DNA of 63,854 nt from Thiomonas sp. (GCA_023255715.1 JAGDVQ010000095.1:1-63854), one strand, 5' to 3'; shown: positions 28,563 through 38,358, counted from the stretch's first letter. Numbers and translations are program-made. The notes: generated from the sequence alone by a model not told the origin.

Positions 28563-29159
28563 ATGCATTCCATCCCCCGTCGTACCCTGCTGCGCAACGT
28601 GCTGACTGCCGTCATAGGCGGTGGCTTCATCGCCCTGTCCCCGCTGGCCACGGCGCAACAGACGCAAAACCCGGACGCGGTGAAAGTGCTGGCCGAGATG
28701 GGCAAGGCCACGGTCATCACCGAGGGCAAGGGCCCGCGCGTGATCAACATCTTCTTCGACGCCAACTGCCCGTATTGCCATGAGCTCTACCTCGCCCTGC
28801 GCCCTACGATCGGCAAGCAGGGTCTGGAGATCCGCTGGGTGCCGGTTGCGGTTCTCACCCCCACCAGCGTGACCAAGGGTGCCGCCATTCTGCAGGCGCC
28901 CGACCGCCTCAAGGCGTTTCAGGAGAACGAAAACACCTACGGCAAGGGGCCAACGGGGCAGGGCGGTGGCATCGCCCCGGCCACCCAGGTGCTGCCCGCA
29001 ACCAGTGCCATCCTCAACGCCAACAACGCCTTGCTCGAAGCCACCAAGTCACCGGGTGTGCCCACCATGCTCTACCGCGACAAGCAGGGCAATGCCATGC
29101 TGGTGGTGGGCCCGCCCGACGCGCAGCAGCTCAAGGACATTCTCGCCAGCGTGAAATAG
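28563..29159 (+). CDS. Periplasmic DsbG-like thioredoxin-fold protein 2 (CPYC)
   Basis: RBS aggag; Tat-like RRTLL leader; IFFDANCPYC, WVPVAVL; cis-Pro loop GVPT. Confidence 0.85.
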   Translation: MHSIPRRTLLRNVLTAVIGGGFIALSPLATAQQTQNPDAVKVLAEMGKATVITEGKGPRVINIFFDANCPYCHELYLALRPTIGKQGLEIRWVPVAVLTPTSVTKGAAILQAPDRLKAFQENENTYGKGPTGQGGGIAPATQVLPATSAILNANNALLEATKSPGVPTMLYRDKQGNAMLVVGPPDAQQLKDILASVK

Positions 29160-29166
29160 CAGGCGC

Positions 29167-29838
29167 TCAGCGCGCGCTGCGCAGCACCGTGGCCAGCGTG
29201 TCGTCGGGCAGCAGCCCGACAATGAGATGGGCGCGGCCGCTGGCATCGCGGTAGAGCATGACCGGAAAGATCTGCAGGCCGGCCTGATGCATCAGCGCGG
29301 CGTTGGTCTGAAGCTGCTGCGCAACCTTGGCAGTCGGCTGCGACAGCGGGCGGATGCCGCCGGCCGGGCTGTCGCCGAAGTTCCAGTCGTCCTCGTTTTG
29401 GTGAAACGCCGCCAGCGGGTCGGGTGCGGCCAGAATCGCGGCCGCCTTGCCCGGGCTGCTGGCCTCCAGTTGTCCTACAGGAATCCAGCGCAGGGCCAGG
29501 CCGCTCTTGCCCACCTCGGTCCGCGTGGACAGGTAGAGCTTGTGCGAATAGGGGCAGTTGGGGTCGATGAAGATGTAGACGATGCGCGGCCCCGCGCCTT
29601 CCTGCACCCAGTGCGCCTTGCCAATCGCGGTCAGCAGCGCGGCAGCGCGCGCAGCGGCGGGGTCTGCAGACCAGTCGAATGGTGCAGCGGCAGCAGAACT
29701 GGCCGCACCAGCCCCCACGGCGTGACACAGCAACGGCACAGACCACAGCAAGCCCAGCCGCAGCAGCAGACGGCGCTGCGATGGCGCGGCGGCCTGGGAG
29801 CGAACACAGTCGGAAGCGATGGCGTTCTTGGATGGCAC
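29167..29838 (-). CDS. Periplasmic DsbG-like thioredoxin-fold protein 3 (monothiol CPYS)
   Basis: RRLLL leader; YIFIDPNCPYS, WIPVG.L..SSPGKAAAIL; loop IFP. Start uncertain (GTG 29838 or ATG 29874). Confidence 0.8.
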   Translation of the reverse strand: MPSKNAIASDCVRSQAAAPSQRRLLLRLGLLWSVPLLCHAVGAGAASSAAAAPFDWSADPAAARAAALLTAIGKAHWVQEGAGPRIVYIFIDPNCPYSHKLYLSTRTEVGKSGLALRWIPVGQLEASSPGKAAAILAAPDPLAAFHQNEDDWNFGDSPAGGIRPLSQPTAKVAQQLQTNAALMHQAGLQIFPVMLYRDASGRAHLIVGLLPDDTLATVLRSAR

Positions 29839-29928
29839 GGCATTCCCCTTGAAGCCTGGCTCCGAAAATAGCATCCTGGCCTGGCAAGTAAAGCGCGCAA
29901 ACCCGCAGCGCGCGGGCCTGGCGCCAAA

Positions 29929-29958
29929 GAAAAAGGCCAGCGCATGCTGGCCTTTTTC
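29929..29958. terminator. Intrinsic terminator (symmetric A/U tails)
   Basis: gaaaaaggccagc-gcat-gctggcctttttc, just downstream of the minus-strand outer-membrane gene. Confidence 0.75.
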
Positions 29959-29972
29959 AGCGGTTCAGCAGG

Positions 29973-30755
29973 TCAGAACACGATCTGCCCGCCGATGCCG
30001 ATACCGAAGTTGGCGCTGCCATTGCTCAGGCCCTTGTCCAGATAGACCTGGAACCCGCTGCCTTTCGCATTGACGTTGTAATTCCAGGCCACGATCAGGT
30101 CCGACGGTGCGGAGCCGCCAGCCACCTGCGACTGCGCACCGGCATACATCAGGGTGATGATGTTTTGCTGGTTCGCCGCATAGCTCGCGCCGAACTGATA
30201 GATGCCGATATTGCGCAGGTTTTGTCCAGCCGGATTGCCGACGAAGCGGTAGCCCAGGTTGGCAAACGGGAACCAGTTGTTGCCCGCGATCTGCTGCAGG
30301 CCGACCCCGACTTCGTAATCGTTCTTGCCGGTGCCCAGGCCATCAGCGGCCGAAGCCGTGCCGAACTTGATCTTGGCGTAGGGCGTGACGGATGGCGTCA
30401 GTCCGCTGGCCTGGACGATCTTGTAATGCCCGGCCAGCCAGACATCCCCCAGGCCGCTGGCGGCGCGTGTCTGTGTCGAACTCGTGGTGCCGCCCACCAC
30501 GGTGTTGCCGGAGACGGTTGCCCCGACGGGGAGCCCGGTTTCCGAGACGTAGGGGACAGTTAACTTGACGCGCCAGTTGCTGTCGCCGTACTGGATGTCT
30601 GTGGCGTCGTAGCGGATATTGATGTTGTTGGCAGTGCCGAACTTGCCCTGGAAAAACGACAGGGTATTGCCGACGGTCAGAGCGGGTTCGGCTTGTGCGG
30701 TACAAACGCCGCCCACTGCAAGCAGGGTGGCAACGAGGGTAGGACGGATGAGCAT
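29973..30755 (-). CDS. Secreted putative outer-membrane beta-barrel protein
   Basis: Signal peptide ending AQA; alternating amphipathic strands; SGLGDVWL and KIKFGTASAADGLGTGKNDY motifs; C-terminal Phe. Confidence 0.7.
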   Translation of the reverse strand: MLIRPTLVATLLAVGGVCTAQAEPALTVGNTLSFFQGKFGTANNINIRYDATDIQYGDSNWRVKLTVPYVSETGLPVGATVSGNTVVGGTTSSTQTRAASGLGDVWLAGHYKIVQASGLTPSVTPYAKIKFGTASAADGLGTGKNDYEVGVGLQQIAGNNWFPFANLGYRFVGNPAGQNLRNIGIYQFGASYAANQQNIITLMYAGAQSQVAGGSAPSDLIVAWNYNVNAKGSGFQVYLDKGLSNGSANFGIGIGGQIVF

Positions 30756-30822
30756 GATGGTCTCGCGAGTGGGGAAAGGAGGCCAGCCTCGACACGGCGC
30801 CGAGGTGAGGAACTTGTTAATT

Positions 30823-30837
30823 GTGGGAAATTGTCAC
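30823..30837. promoter_or_regulatory. Candidate RegA/PrrA binding site
   Basis: GTGGGAAATTGTCAC fits the degenerate RegA consensus GYGSSRNNWWNNCRC, in the AT-rich divergent promoter region. Confidence 0.35.
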
Positions 30838-30986
30838 ACAAGAAAAACAAGTCATCCTTGTCCAATCGCAAACTGGCAAACTGTGGCGCAGCGGGGTTGA
30901 TGCGCCACGTCGTGGGGAGGGCACTGGTATTCTGGCGCCTTGTCCGGTTCATCCCCCATCGCTGTCTTTCGCCCGAGTCCTGATCC

Positions 30987-31970
30987 ATGAGTGCATTGCC
31001 TCCCGATACTCCGCCGACGCGCCCCGAGTCGCCTGTCCAGCCCGCTGCGTGGGAGAAGCAGGTGCTCGAAAAGCTGGTGCTCGAAGTCGTCCATGAGAAA
31101 CGGCGGGCACGGCGCTGGTCGATCTTTTTCCGCCTGGTGTTTCTCGGCATCCTCGGGGTGATCGTGTTCGGCGCGGTCATGGACAAATTCAGCAGCGCTG
31201 CCTCCAGCGGCCCGCACACCGCACTGATCGAACTCAACGGCGAAATTTCCATCGATTCGGCTGCAAGCGCCGACAACATCAACTCGGCCCTGCAGGATGC
31301 GTTTTCCAGCCCGCAGACCAAGGGGGTGATCCTGCGCATCAACAGCCCGGGGGGCAGTCCGGTGCAGGCGAGCCAGATCTTTGCGGAAATCGAGCGTCTG
31401 CGTGCCAAGTACGACAAGCCGGTGTATGCCGTCTGCGAGGAGGTGTGCGCGTCCGGGGCGTATTACGTGGCGGCGGCGGCCAATGACATCTATGTCAACC
31501 CGGCCAGCCTGGTGGGGTCCATCGGTGTGCTGATGGATGGCTTTGGCTTTTCCGGGCTGATGGACAAGCTGGGGGTGACGCGCCGCCTGCTCACCGCGGG
31601 CGCCAACAAGGGCTTCATGGACCCGTTCACCCCCATGCCTGAAGACCAGAAGGCGTATGCGCTGGGCATGCTGGAACAGATTCACAAGCAGTTCATTGCC
31701 GCAGTGGAAAAGGGCCGCGGCAGCCGCCTGAAGGTGAACGACCAGACGTTCTCCGGGCTGGTGTGGACGGGGGAATCCGCAGTGCAGCAAGGGCTGGCAG
31801 ACGGCTACGGCACTGTCGACCAGATCGCGCGCGACAAGATCAAGGCGCCGGACATCGTCGATTACACCCTGCAGGAAAATGTGGCCGAGCGTCTGGTCAA
31901 GCGCTTCGGCGCCTCGCTCGGCATGGGAGCGGTGCAGGCGTTGTCGAACCTGGGCTGGACGCTACGCTGA
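30987..31970 (+). CDS. sppA: S49 family signal peptide peptidase
   Basis: LRINSPGGSPVQ, CASGAYY, SLVGSIGV, FSGLVWTG. Confidence 0.9.
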   Translation: MSALPPDTPPTRPESPVQPAAWEKQVLEKLVLEVVHEKRRARRWSIFFRLVFLGILGVIVFGAVMDKFSSAASSGPHTALIELNGEISIDSAASADNINSALQDAFSSPQTKGVILRINSPGGSPVQASQIFAEIERLRAKYDKPVYAVCEEVCASGAYYVAAAANDIYVNPASLVGSIGVLMDGFGFSGLMDKLGVTRRLLTAGANKGFMDPFTPMPEDQKAYALGMLEQIHKQFIAAVEKGRGSRLKVNDQTFSGLVWTGESAVQQGLADGYGTVDQIARDKIKAPDIVDYTLQENVAERLVKRFGASLGMGAVQALSNLGWTLR

Positions 31971-32576
31971 CGGCGACTGCGCGCGGTCCAGCACGTCGTA
32001 GCCGCTGCGCCGCAACATGTCGCACAGATCGATCAGCGGCAGGCCGACGAGCGCGGTGGGGTCGTTGCTGCGCATGTGCGTGAGCAGCGCCGGGCCGAGC
32101 GCTTCCGACTTGGCACTGCCCGCGCAGTCGTAGGGCTGGTCGAGGCGTAGATACGCCTCGATCTCCGCCGGGCTCAGGCGACGAAATTCCACCTCGGTCG
32201 GACAGTTGCGCACCTGCTGCGTGCCGTCAGGGGCGATCACGCACACGGCAGTGTGGAACACGGCCACGCGTCCACTGAGTCGCTGCAACTGGTCCACTGC
32301 GGCAGCATGCGAGCCGGGCTTGCCCAGCGCCTCATCCCCGAGCATGCAGACCTGATCGGAGCCGATCACCCAGGCGCCGTGCGTGCCGCGCGCAACGGCA
32401 GCAGCCTTTTCCGCGGCCAGCCGCAGGGCCAGATCGACCGGCGCTTCCCCGCTGCGGCGAGCTTCGTCCACATCGGGCGCACGCTGCATGAACGGCACCC
32501 GCAGCCGCCGCAGCAAATCGGCGCGGTAGCGGGAGGTGGACGCCAGAATCAGCTCGGCTGTTTCAGTGTCGGCCAT
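31962..32576 (-). CDS. maf: Maf family nucleotide pyrophosphatase (YceF type)
   Basis: LILASTSRYR, PDVDE, IGSDQV, GKPG, PYDCAGS, DPTALVGLPL. Confidence 0.9.
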   Translation of the reverse strand: MADTETAELILASTSRYRADLLRRLRVPFMQRAPDVDEARRSGEAPVDLALRLAAEKAAAVARGTHGAWVIGSDQVCMLGDEALGKPGSHAAAVDQLQRLSGRVAVFHTAVCVIAPDGTQQVRNCPTEVEFRRLSPAEIEAYLRLDQPYDCAGSAKSEALGPALLTHMRSNDPTALVGLPLIDLCDMLRRSGYDVLDRAQSPSA

Positions 32577-33001
32577 CAATGCTTGCCGAAAAACCGGCCA
32601 TGCAGCCAGGCACCGATCAGAATGCCGAGAATGCTCAACAGCAAGGGCCAGTTGCCGACGCCCAATCCGGCAATCGCCGGGCCGGGACACACGCCGCTCA
32701 GGCCCCAGCCCACACCGAAGATCGCCGCGCCGATCAGTGTGCGGGCGTCCAGGTGCGAGGGATGCTTGCCGAACACCACGCCGAACACCGGGCGCTTCAT
32801 CAGCCGTGGCAACAGGTGGTAGGCGACGAAGGTCACCCCGGCCGCGCCACCCATGACCAGCAGCAGGCCAAGGTTCTTCAGCATCAGAAACTGCAGAATG
32901 GCCTCCGGCCTGACCATGGTGGACAAGGCCAGGCCAAAACCGAACAGCCCGCCGGCCAGCAGGGCAGACAACATCACCGCAAGGGGAGGAACGCGCTGCA
33001 T
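32576..33001 (-). CDS. YeeE/YedE family sulfur-transport membrane protein (second subunit)
   Basis: GGLFGFGLALS, GAAIFGVGWGLSGVCPGP. Stop overlaps the maf ATG (TGATG). Confidence 0.85.
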   Translation of the reverse strand: MQRVPPLAVMLSALLAGGLFGFGLALSTMVRPEAILQFLMLKNLGLLLVMGGAAGVTFVAYHLLPRLMKRPVFGVVFGKHPSHLDARTLIGAAIFGVGWGLSGVCPGPAIAGLGVGNWPLLLSILGILIGAWLHGRFFGKH

Positions 33002-33002
33002 G

Positions 33003-33479
33003 TCAAAACCCTCCCATCGCGCGCACCACATGCGCCGTGAGTATGGCTGTGCTCAAGAAAATGATCACGGCCAGGATGGAGGGCAACTGCCCCGAACCCA
33101 CGCCGCAGATGCCATGCCCCGAGGTGCAGCCGCCGCCCATGCGGGCGCCAAATCCGCCGACGATGCCGCCGACAAACAGTTGCCACAGCGGAACCTGGGT
33201 GACAAACCCTTCGCCATGTCCGAGGGTGTAGGTGAACACCACGGCGCCGACAATGAGCCCCAGGCCATACATCAGCCGCCAGTTGCGTGTGGACACGAAT
33301 TTTTCATGCTGAAAAAACGGATGGCGCGACACCAGGGACCAGATTGCCGAATAAGCCGTACTGATGCCGCCGATCAGCCCGGTCAGCCAGAACAGCACGC
33401 TGACTCCCAGGCCAATCATGATTCCGCCATAAAGAAAGGGCTCCCAGCCAGTTGGAAACCACTGTGCAATTGTGTTCAT
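33003..33479 (-). CDS. YeeE/YedE family sulfur-transport membrane protein (first subunit)
   Basis: GGIMIGLG, GGIS, GFGARMGGGCTSGHGICG signature. Confidence 0.87.
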   Translation of the reverse strand: MNTIAQWFPTGWEPFLYGGIMIGLGVSVLFWLTGLIGGISTAYSAIWSLVSRHPFFQHEKFVSTRNWRLMYGLGLIVGAVVFTYTLGHGEGFVTQVPLWQLFVGGIVGGFGARMGGGCTSGHGICGVGSGQLPSILAVIIFLSTAILTAHVVRAMGGF

Positions 33480-33595
33480 CTGCCTGTTCCTGCAAGTTGT
33501 TCCGGCGGTGTTGACCGCCCGGTTCGATACTGTGCAGTGTAAAAGCACCCTGGCGCGGCGTCTCGGCGACATGTTGCAGTCGGTAAACTGCGGCA

Positions 33596-34183
33596 ATGAC
33601 TGCTGCTCCCTCCAAATCCGCATCGGATCGCCTTGCGACGAGCCGTCCGCCGCATGCCCTGGCCTTGTTCGACTTTGCTCGCACCGACGGCGAACTGCAC
33701 GGGACCGTCGCGCTGTCGGCGCTGTCCCGTCTGCGCGATCTGCTGGCGAGCGACGCCGGGGCGCCGGTGCAATGGACGCTGCGCGGATTTCAGCGCCAGC
33801 GGGCCGGCATGCGGCCCCAGGCGATGGTGGCCTTGCGCGTTCACGCAGAGCTGGGGCTGATCTGCCAGCGTTGCCTGCAGGAGATGACTCAGGAAATCGA
33901 TGACGCTGCGGAATTCCGCCTGGTCATCGACGAGCCGCCATTGACCCTGGAGGAGCTGGAGGCCGAGGATGAAGCCTTGCCTGCGGAAAACCCGATCGAC
34001 GTGCTTGAACTCATTGAAGACCAGCTCATCCTTGCCTTGCCCCTGGTGCCCATGCACGCGGCCTGTCCGGATCGCCAGACGGCAGAGCCGAGCTCGCCCC
34101 CGGCTGACGCTGGTGAGCGAGAAGAGCGGCAACATCCTTTCGCCAACCTGCGCGAACTGATGGGCAACCCGAAGAAACGCTGA
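33596..34183 (+). CDS. yceD: YceD/DUF177 23S rRNA accumulation protein
   Basis: LICQRCL, LIEDQLILALPLVPMH, HPFANL; upstream of rpmF. Confidence 0.88.
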   Translation: MTAAPSKSASDRLATSRPPHALALFDFARTDGELHGTVALSALSRLRDLLASDAGAPVQWTLRGFQRQRAGMRPQAMVALRVHAELGLICQRCLQEMTQEIDDAAEFRLVIDEPPLTLEELEAEDEALPAENPIDVLELIEDQLILALPLVPMHAACPDRQTAEPSSPPADAGEREERQHPFANLRELMGNPKKR

Positions 34184-34245
34184 GAACCTTCACTGCGGGT
34201 GCGTGTGCTCGCATATAATGCTTAGCTTTTTCACAGGGGATTGCC

Positions 34246-34428
34246 GTGGCCGTCCAGCAAAACAAGAAATCACCTTCCAAGCGCGGTATGCACCGTGCGC
34301 ATCAACACCTGAGCGCGCCGCCGCTGGCCGTCGAGGCCACCACGGGCGAGACGCATCTGCGCCATCACATCAGCCCGAACGGTTTTTACCGTGGTCGCAA
34401 AGTCGTCAAGACCAAGTCCGACGAGTAA
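34246..34428 (+). CDS. rpmF: 50S ribosomal protein L32
   Basis: [17 protein letters not shown]...[23 protein letters not shown] at 34214-34219 upstream. Confidence 0.97.
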   Translation: MAVQQNKKSPSKRGMHRAHQHLSAPPLAVEATTGETHLRHHISPNGFYRGRKVVKTKSDE

Positions 34429-34514
34429 GCCTTGCTTCTGCGCCCCGTGTGTCGCTTGAAATCTCCGGGCGACTGGTTGTGTTGCGTGCGGCCTGATCTG
34501 GCGCGGTTCAGGCC

Positions 34515-35570
34515 ATGACCTGCACCCTGGCCGTCGATGTGATGGGCGGAGATCACGGTGCTCAAGCCATTCTTCCCGCCTGCGCGCAGTTCCTGAGGCA
34601 GCACCAGGACAGTCGCCTGTTGCTGGTCGGACAACCTCAGGCAGCCACGCCGCTGATGGCGCAACTTCAGCTCGATCGCGATCCGCGCGTCGAATTCGTC
34701 GTCGCCAGCGAAGTGGTGGCCTCGGACGATTCGGTGGAGGTTGCACTGCGCCGCAAGCGCGATTCCTCCATGCGCCGCGCCATTGAACTGGTGCGCGATG
34801 GGCGGGCGCAAGCCTGCGTCTCCGCTGGGAACACTGGTGCGCTCATGGCCGTGGCGCGCTATCTGCTCAAGACGCTTCACGACATCGAGCGGCCGGCCAT
34901 CGCGACTTATCTGCCCAATCAAAAGGGGCAGGGCACGCTGATGCTCGATCTCGGCGCGAATGTCGACTGCGAACCGCTGCATTTGCTGCAGTTCGCCGTC
35001 ATGGGCACGGCGTATGCCGCAGCCGGCGGGCATCCGCAGCCCACGGTCGGTTTGCTCAACATCGGCGAAGAGGTCATCAAGGGCAATGACATCATCAAGC
35101 GCGCGGCAGAACTGCTGCGCGAGGCAGATACCCTGGGCCGCCTGCGGTTTCATGGCAACGTCGAGGGCAACGATATTTTCAAGGGCACGACCGACATCGT
35201 GGTGTGCGATGGCTTTGTCGGTAATGTCGCGCTGAAAACCTCGGAAGGTCTGGCGCAGATGCTCTCGGGCATGATTCGCGAGGAGTTCACCCGCACGCCT
35301 CTGAGCAAGCTGATGGCCCTGGTGGCCATGCCCGTGCTCAAGCGGTTTCGCCAGCGGGTCGATCATCGCCGCTACAACGGCGCGGCGCTGCTGGGCCTGC
35401 GCGGCCTCGTGATCAAAAGCCATGGCTCTGCCGACGCGTTTGCCTTCGAGCAGGCGCTGCTGCGTGCCCGGGAGGCCGTGCAGGGCGATGTCGTGCGGCA
35501 GATCGAGCGCATTCTCGAAGCCATGCACGCGCCATCCTCTGCGCCGACTGTGCCTGCCCCCGCAGCCTGA
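34515..35570 (+). CDS. plsX: Phosphate acyltransferase PlsX
   Basis: [42 protein letters not shown]. Confidence 0.95.
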   Translation: MTCTLAVDVMGGDHGAQAILPACAQFLRQHQDSRLLLVGQPQAATPLMAQLQLDRDPRVEFVVASEVVASDDSVEVALRRKRDSSMRRAIELVRDGRAQACVSAGNTGALMAVARYLLKTLHDIERPAIATYLPNQKGQGTLMLDLGANVDCEPLHLLQFAVMGTAYAAAGGHPQPTVGLLNIGEEVIKGNDIIKRAAELLREADTLGRLRFHGNVEGNDIFKGTTDIVVCDGFVGNVALKTSEGLAQMLSGMIREEFTRTPLSKLMALVAMPVLKRFRQRVDHRRYNGAALLGLRGLVIKSHGSADAFAFEQALLRAREAVQGDVVRQIERILEAMHAPSSAPTVPAPAA

Positions 35571-35635
35571 GCGCCAGATTTCTGCTCCCTGGTTCCAGAC
35601 CTGGTTATCGCCCCATTCCCTGATCGATCCGCTCC

Positions 35636-36613
35636 ATGTCCTCCTATTCCAGAATTTCCGGCACCGGCAGCGCGCTGCCGTCCCGCAGGGTCAGCAACGA
35701 CGAACTGGCTGCAGATCTGGCCACGCGCGGCGTGGAAACCAGCGATGAATGGATTGTTGCGCGCACCGGCATCCGCTTTCGCCATTTTGCCGATGCGGGC
35801 ATGACCAGTGTCGATCTGGGCGAACAGGCCGCACGCCGGGCGCTCGACGCTGCGGGGCTGCAGGCAAGCGACATCGGCCTCATCATTGTTGCCACCTCCA
35901 CCCCGGACATGATTTTTCCGTCCAACGCCACGCTCATCCAGGGGCGTCTGGGCGCAGCGGGCGGCGCCGCGTTCGACGTTCAGGCGGTGTGCGCCGGGTT
36001 TGTCTACGCCCTGACCGTGGCCGATCAGTTCGTGCGCAGCGGCATGACGCGCCACGCCCTGGTCATCGGCGCCGAAGTGTTCTCCCACATTCTCGATTTC
36101 AACGACCGCACCACCTGCGTGCTGTTCGGCGATGGTGCTGGCGCCGTGGTGCTCAGTGCCAGCGACACGCCCGGCGTGCTGTCCAGCGCCCTGCATGCCG
36201 ACGGGCGGCAGGCATCGATTCTGTGCACCCCGGGCCGAGTGTCCGGCGGCGAGATTGCAGGCAGCCCGTTCCTGAAAATGGACGGACAGGCGGTGTTCAA
36301 GCAGGCTGTGCATGTGCTCGAAGATGTGGCGCGCGAAGCGCTGGCCAAGGCCGATCGCGCGCCATCCGATGTGGACTGGATGGTGCCGCATCAGGCCAAT
36401 ATCCGCATCATGACCCACACCGCGAAAAAGCTCGGCATTCCGACGGAAAAGATCGTTGTCACTGTCGACCAGCATGGAAACACCTCGGCGGCATCGATTC
36501 CGCTGGCCCTGGATGTCGCGGTGCGATCCGGCCAGGTCCAGCGCGGCGACACCCTGTTGTTCGAGGCGGTCGGCGGTGGCCTGACCTGGGGTGCCGCAGT
36601 CGTCGATTTTTGA
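35636..36613 (+). CDS. fabH: Beta-ketoacyl-ACP synthase III
   Basis: [31 protein letters not shown]. Confidence 0.95.
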   Translation: MSSYSRISGTGSALPSRRVSNDELAADLATRGVETSDEWIVARTGIRFRHFADAGMTSVDLGEQAARRALDAAGLQASDIGLIIVATSTPDMIFPSNATLIQGRLGAAGGAAFDVQAVCAGFVYALTVADQFVRSGMTRHALVIGAEVFSHILDFNDRTTCVLFGDGAGAVVLSASDTPGVLSSALHADGRQASILCTPGRVSGGEIAGSPFLKMDGQAVFKQAVHVLEDVAREALAKADRAPSDVDWMVPHQANIRIMTHTAKKLGIPTEKIVVTVDQHGNTSAASIPLALDVAVRSGQVQRGDTLLFEAVGGGLTWGAAVVDF

Positions 36614-36655
36614 CTGGCGTTTGCACGTCGTTTTTTTAATTCACAGATTTCCACC

Positions 36656-37591
36656 ATGCCATTTGCATTTGTGTTCCCCGGCCAAGGCTCGCAGTCCGTC
36701 GGCATGCTCGACAAATTGGCTGACCATCCTGCCGTGCGCGAGACCTTGCAGGAAGCCAGCGCCGCGCTGTCGCAAGACATTGCCACGCTGATCGCGCAGG
36801 GCCCAGCCGACCAGCTCAACCTCACGACCAATACCCAGCCCGTGATGTTGACCGCAGGAATCGCGCTGTACCGCGTCTGGCTGGCCGAGGGTGGGCGCAG
36901 GCCTGATGTCGTTGCCGGGCACAGCCTGGGCGAATACACCGCGCTGGTTGCAGCGCAAAGCCTCAGCCTGACCGATGCCTTGCCGCTGGTGCGCTTTCGT
37001 GCCCAGGCCATGCAGGACGCGGTTCCTGTGGGCACGGGCGGCATGGCCGCTGTGCTTGGGCTCGACGACGATGCGGTCCGTGTCGGCTGCGCGCAAGCCG
37101 CGCGGGAGACCGGCGAGGCGGTCGAGGCGGTCAATTTCAATTCACCGGGGCAGGTGGTGATTGCGGGCACGCAAGCTGCCGTGATGCGAGCGTGCGAAGT
37201 GCTGAAGGCCGCGGGCGCCAAGCGCGCCCTGCCGCTGGCGGTCTCCGCGCCGTTCCACAGCAGCCTGCTGCAGGGGGCGGCCGAGCAGTTGCGCGGCTAC
37301 CTGCAGGATGTGCCCCTGAAGGCGCCCAGCATTCCCCTGATCAACAATGTCGATGTGGCCCATCCCACCGAGCCGGACGCCATCCGCGACGCGCTCGCGC
37401 GCCAGGCCTGTCATCCGGTACGCTGGGTGGAGTGTGTGCAGGCCATGGCGCAGATGGGCTGCACCACATTGGTGGAATGCGGCCCGGGTAAAGTGCTGCA
37501 TGGCCTGACGCGCCGCATCAATCCCGCACTGCAATCCTTTGCTCTGGACGACGCGTCTGCAATTCCTTCCATTCAAACGGCCCTGGCATGA
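36656..37591 (+). CDS. fabD: Malonyl-CoA:ACP transacylase
   Basis: FPGQGSQ, GHSLGEY, VSAPFHS. Confidence 0.95.
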   Translation: MPFAFVFPGQGSQSVGMLDKLADHPAVRETLQEASAALSQDIATLIAQGPADQLNLTTNTQPVMLTAGIALYRVWLAEGGRRPDVVAGHSLGEYTALVAAQSLSLTDALPLVRFRAQAMQDAVPVGTGGMAAVLGLDDDAVRVGCAQAARETGEAVEAVNFNSPGQVVIAGTQAAVMRACEVLKAAGAKRALPLAVSAPFHSSLLQGAAEQLRGYLQDVPLKAPSIPLINNVDVAHPTEPDAIRDALARQACHPVRWVECVQAMAQMGCTTLVECGPGKVLHGLTRRINPALQSFALDDASAIPSIQTALA

Positions 37592-38358
37592 GCAATCCCC
37601 TCCCTGATCCCTCAACTGCACGCACTCTTGCCGGACAGATTGCACTGGTGACCGGCGCGTCCCGCGGCATCGGCGCGGCCATCGCCGCCGATCTTGCCGC
37701 GGCCGGCATGCGCGTCATCGGCACGGCGACGTCCGAATCCGGCGCGCTGGCCATTACTGAGGCGCTGAAAGCCCACGGCGGCCGAGGTGCCGTGCTCGAC
37801 GTCAACGACGCCCAGGCCGGCGCAGCTCTGGTCGATGCCATCGTCAAGTCTGAAGGCGCGTTGCACGTGCTGGTCAACAACGCCGGAATTACCCGCGACA
37901 TGCTCGCCATGCGCATGAGCGATGCCGACTGGGACGCCGTGCTTTCCACCAACCTGAGCGCCGTGTTCCGCATGTCGCGCGCCGTCATGCGCACCATGAT
38001 GAAGCAGCGCTACGGTCGCATCATCAACATCACCTCGGTGGTCGGCGCGTCCGGCAACCCGGGGCAGGCAAACTATGCTGCGGCCAAGGCCGGCGTGGCC
38101 GGCATGAGCCGGGCTCTGGCGCAGGAACTGGGCAGCCGCAACATCACCGTCAACTGTGTGGCGCCGGGCTTCATCGACACCGACATGACCCGCGGCCTGA
38201 CCGAAGCGCAAACCCAGCCGATGCTGGCGCGCATTCCGCTCGGGCGTCTGGGCAAGCCCGAGGAAATTGCGCACGCCGTTTCCTTTCTGGCGTCGCCGCT
38301 GGCGGCGTACATCACGGGTGCCGTCCTGCACGTCAATGGCGGCATGTATATGCAATGA
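37588..38358 (+). CDS. fabG: 3-oxoacyl-ACP reductase
   Basis: TGASRGIG, NNAGITRD, GQANYAAAKAG, PGFIDTDMT. Confidence 0.95.
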   Translation: MSNPLPDPSTARTLAGQIALVTGASRGIGAAIAADLAAAGMRVIGTATSESGALAITEALKAHGGRGAVLDVNDAQAGAALVDAIVKSEGALHVLVNNAGITRDMLAMRMSDADWDAVLSTNLSAVFRMSRAVMRTMMKQRYGRIINITSVVGASGNPGQANYAAAKAGVAGMSRALAQELGSRNITVNCVAPGFIDTDMTRGLTEAQTQPMLARIPLGRLGKPEEIAHAVSFLASPLAAYITGAVLHVNGGMYMQ

